From Callorhinchus milii (lineage: Eukaryota): DNA of 64,000 bases. The translations under genes and the position numbers were made by a program. Numbering within the stretch: the first letter of the stretch is position 1; each line of letters opens with the position of its first letter. Under the pieces are notes generated by a model. The model worked only from the letters and a program-made list of their open reading frames with translations. It made no database searches and was not told where the DNA came from. Of the stretch, positions 63,113 to 64,000 are shown in pieces. The stretch is from assembly GCF_018977255.1 (NCBI RefSeq), contig NW_024704743.1:5706001-5770000 (forward strand), written 5' to 3'.

Positions 63113-63202
63113 CCACAGCACACTAACGTCTGTTTCTGGTACGTACCTCCCAGTGTACGTTACATACAAGACAAAGAAGAAAGGAGGAATTTGCTCATGA
63201 AG
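63113..63202 (+). CDS. GAD2: GAD2 exon 15, PQHTNVCFWYVPPSVRYIQDKEERRNLLMK (final exon is outside the window)
   Basis: tgttcag / AAG|gtgagt; 90 nt. Confidence 0.96.
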
Positions 63203-64000
63203 GTGAGTCAATTTCAATATATTGTACACACACGCACACGAGAATTCGACATTTTCAGTACAAATGAAACAGAGACAGAGAAAACAACAAACTTGTGTTA
63301 TTGTAACACCTTATCATGTCTAAGTGTCTACAACTGCTTCTGAATTAGAGGCTTATAGAGAGTATTGAACACCGTCACGATTGGCTGGGCTGAATGGTCT
63401 GTAAGAGCCTGTGTAACTCTTTGTAAAGTAATTATTTTCAAATGCAGTGAGTTAACGGGACAGCCATTTGCACCAACAGGGTCCCAATAACAGGCATATT
63501 CCAACCAACAATTAATCTGGAAAATTGTTGGCTGGGGTACTGACAGAAATATTTTCACGCAATGTCATGGGTTCATTAACTGAAAACAAACAGATGAATC
63601 TCAGTTGATGTCTCATCTGTAAGGCAGCAGTTCTAACAATGGAACAGTACTCATACAATCAAAGAAGTATACAGCACAGAAGGAGGCCATTCGGCCCATC
63701 GTGGCTGTGCCTGCTATAGTGTTTTGCCCACAAATATACAGTCAATTCACTTTACAGTCTATGCTGTGAAGCGCTTTGAGACGTCTAGAAGACGTGAAAA
63801 GCGCTATATCAAATGCAAAGATTATTATTATTATTACTGTACTATAGTGGTACATTTAGAGATGTATCTTGAAAAAGAAGGGGGAGAGTGGGACTCTAAA
63901 ATGTATGGCATTGAATATACAGTCAATTCACTTTACAGTCTATGCTGTGAAGCGCTTTGAGACATCTAGAAGACGTGAAAAGCGCTATATCAATGCAAAG

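Noticed and set aside
42918..63202. Assignment as GAD1, GAD3, GADL1 or CSAD
   Set aside because: GAD65-specific exons 1-3, SHFS and adjacency to MYO3A indicate GAD2

Overview
Vertebrate genomic DNA, most likely a cartilaginous fish. That is inferred from SacSINE1/Deu-type SINEs, shark-type CR1 3' ends and abundant L2, and is not proven. The long ORFs in the supplied track are mostly low-complexity or repeat artefacts. The real genes are spliced and were traced by hand, both on the + strand. (1) The last three coding exons of MYO3A (1485-1525, 2092-2223, 18152-18266), ending in the THDII tail motif NPYDYRKLLRKTSQR. (2) Coding exons 1-15 of GAD2/GAD65 (ATG at 26282 to 63202; 1581 nt = 527 codons). 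All introns are GT-AG with consistent phases, the PLP motif NPHK is intact, and the last exon lies beyond the window. This is the conserved MYO3A-GAD2 gene order. Introns are packed with tRNA-Ala-headed SINEs, Deu-SINEs, L2 and CR1 fragments, often nested. I found no convincing new protein-coding system. The best leads are: an unclassified ~480-bp dispersed element (>=8 pieces); a possible SINE-supplied alternative last exon that would remove MYO3A THDII; a stop-free CAG/CAT/CAA tract in frame with the GAD2 ATG inside a repeat-sandwiched exon 1; a competing donor in GAD2 exon 8; and several intronic inverted repeats. Repeat boundaries are by eye and approximate.
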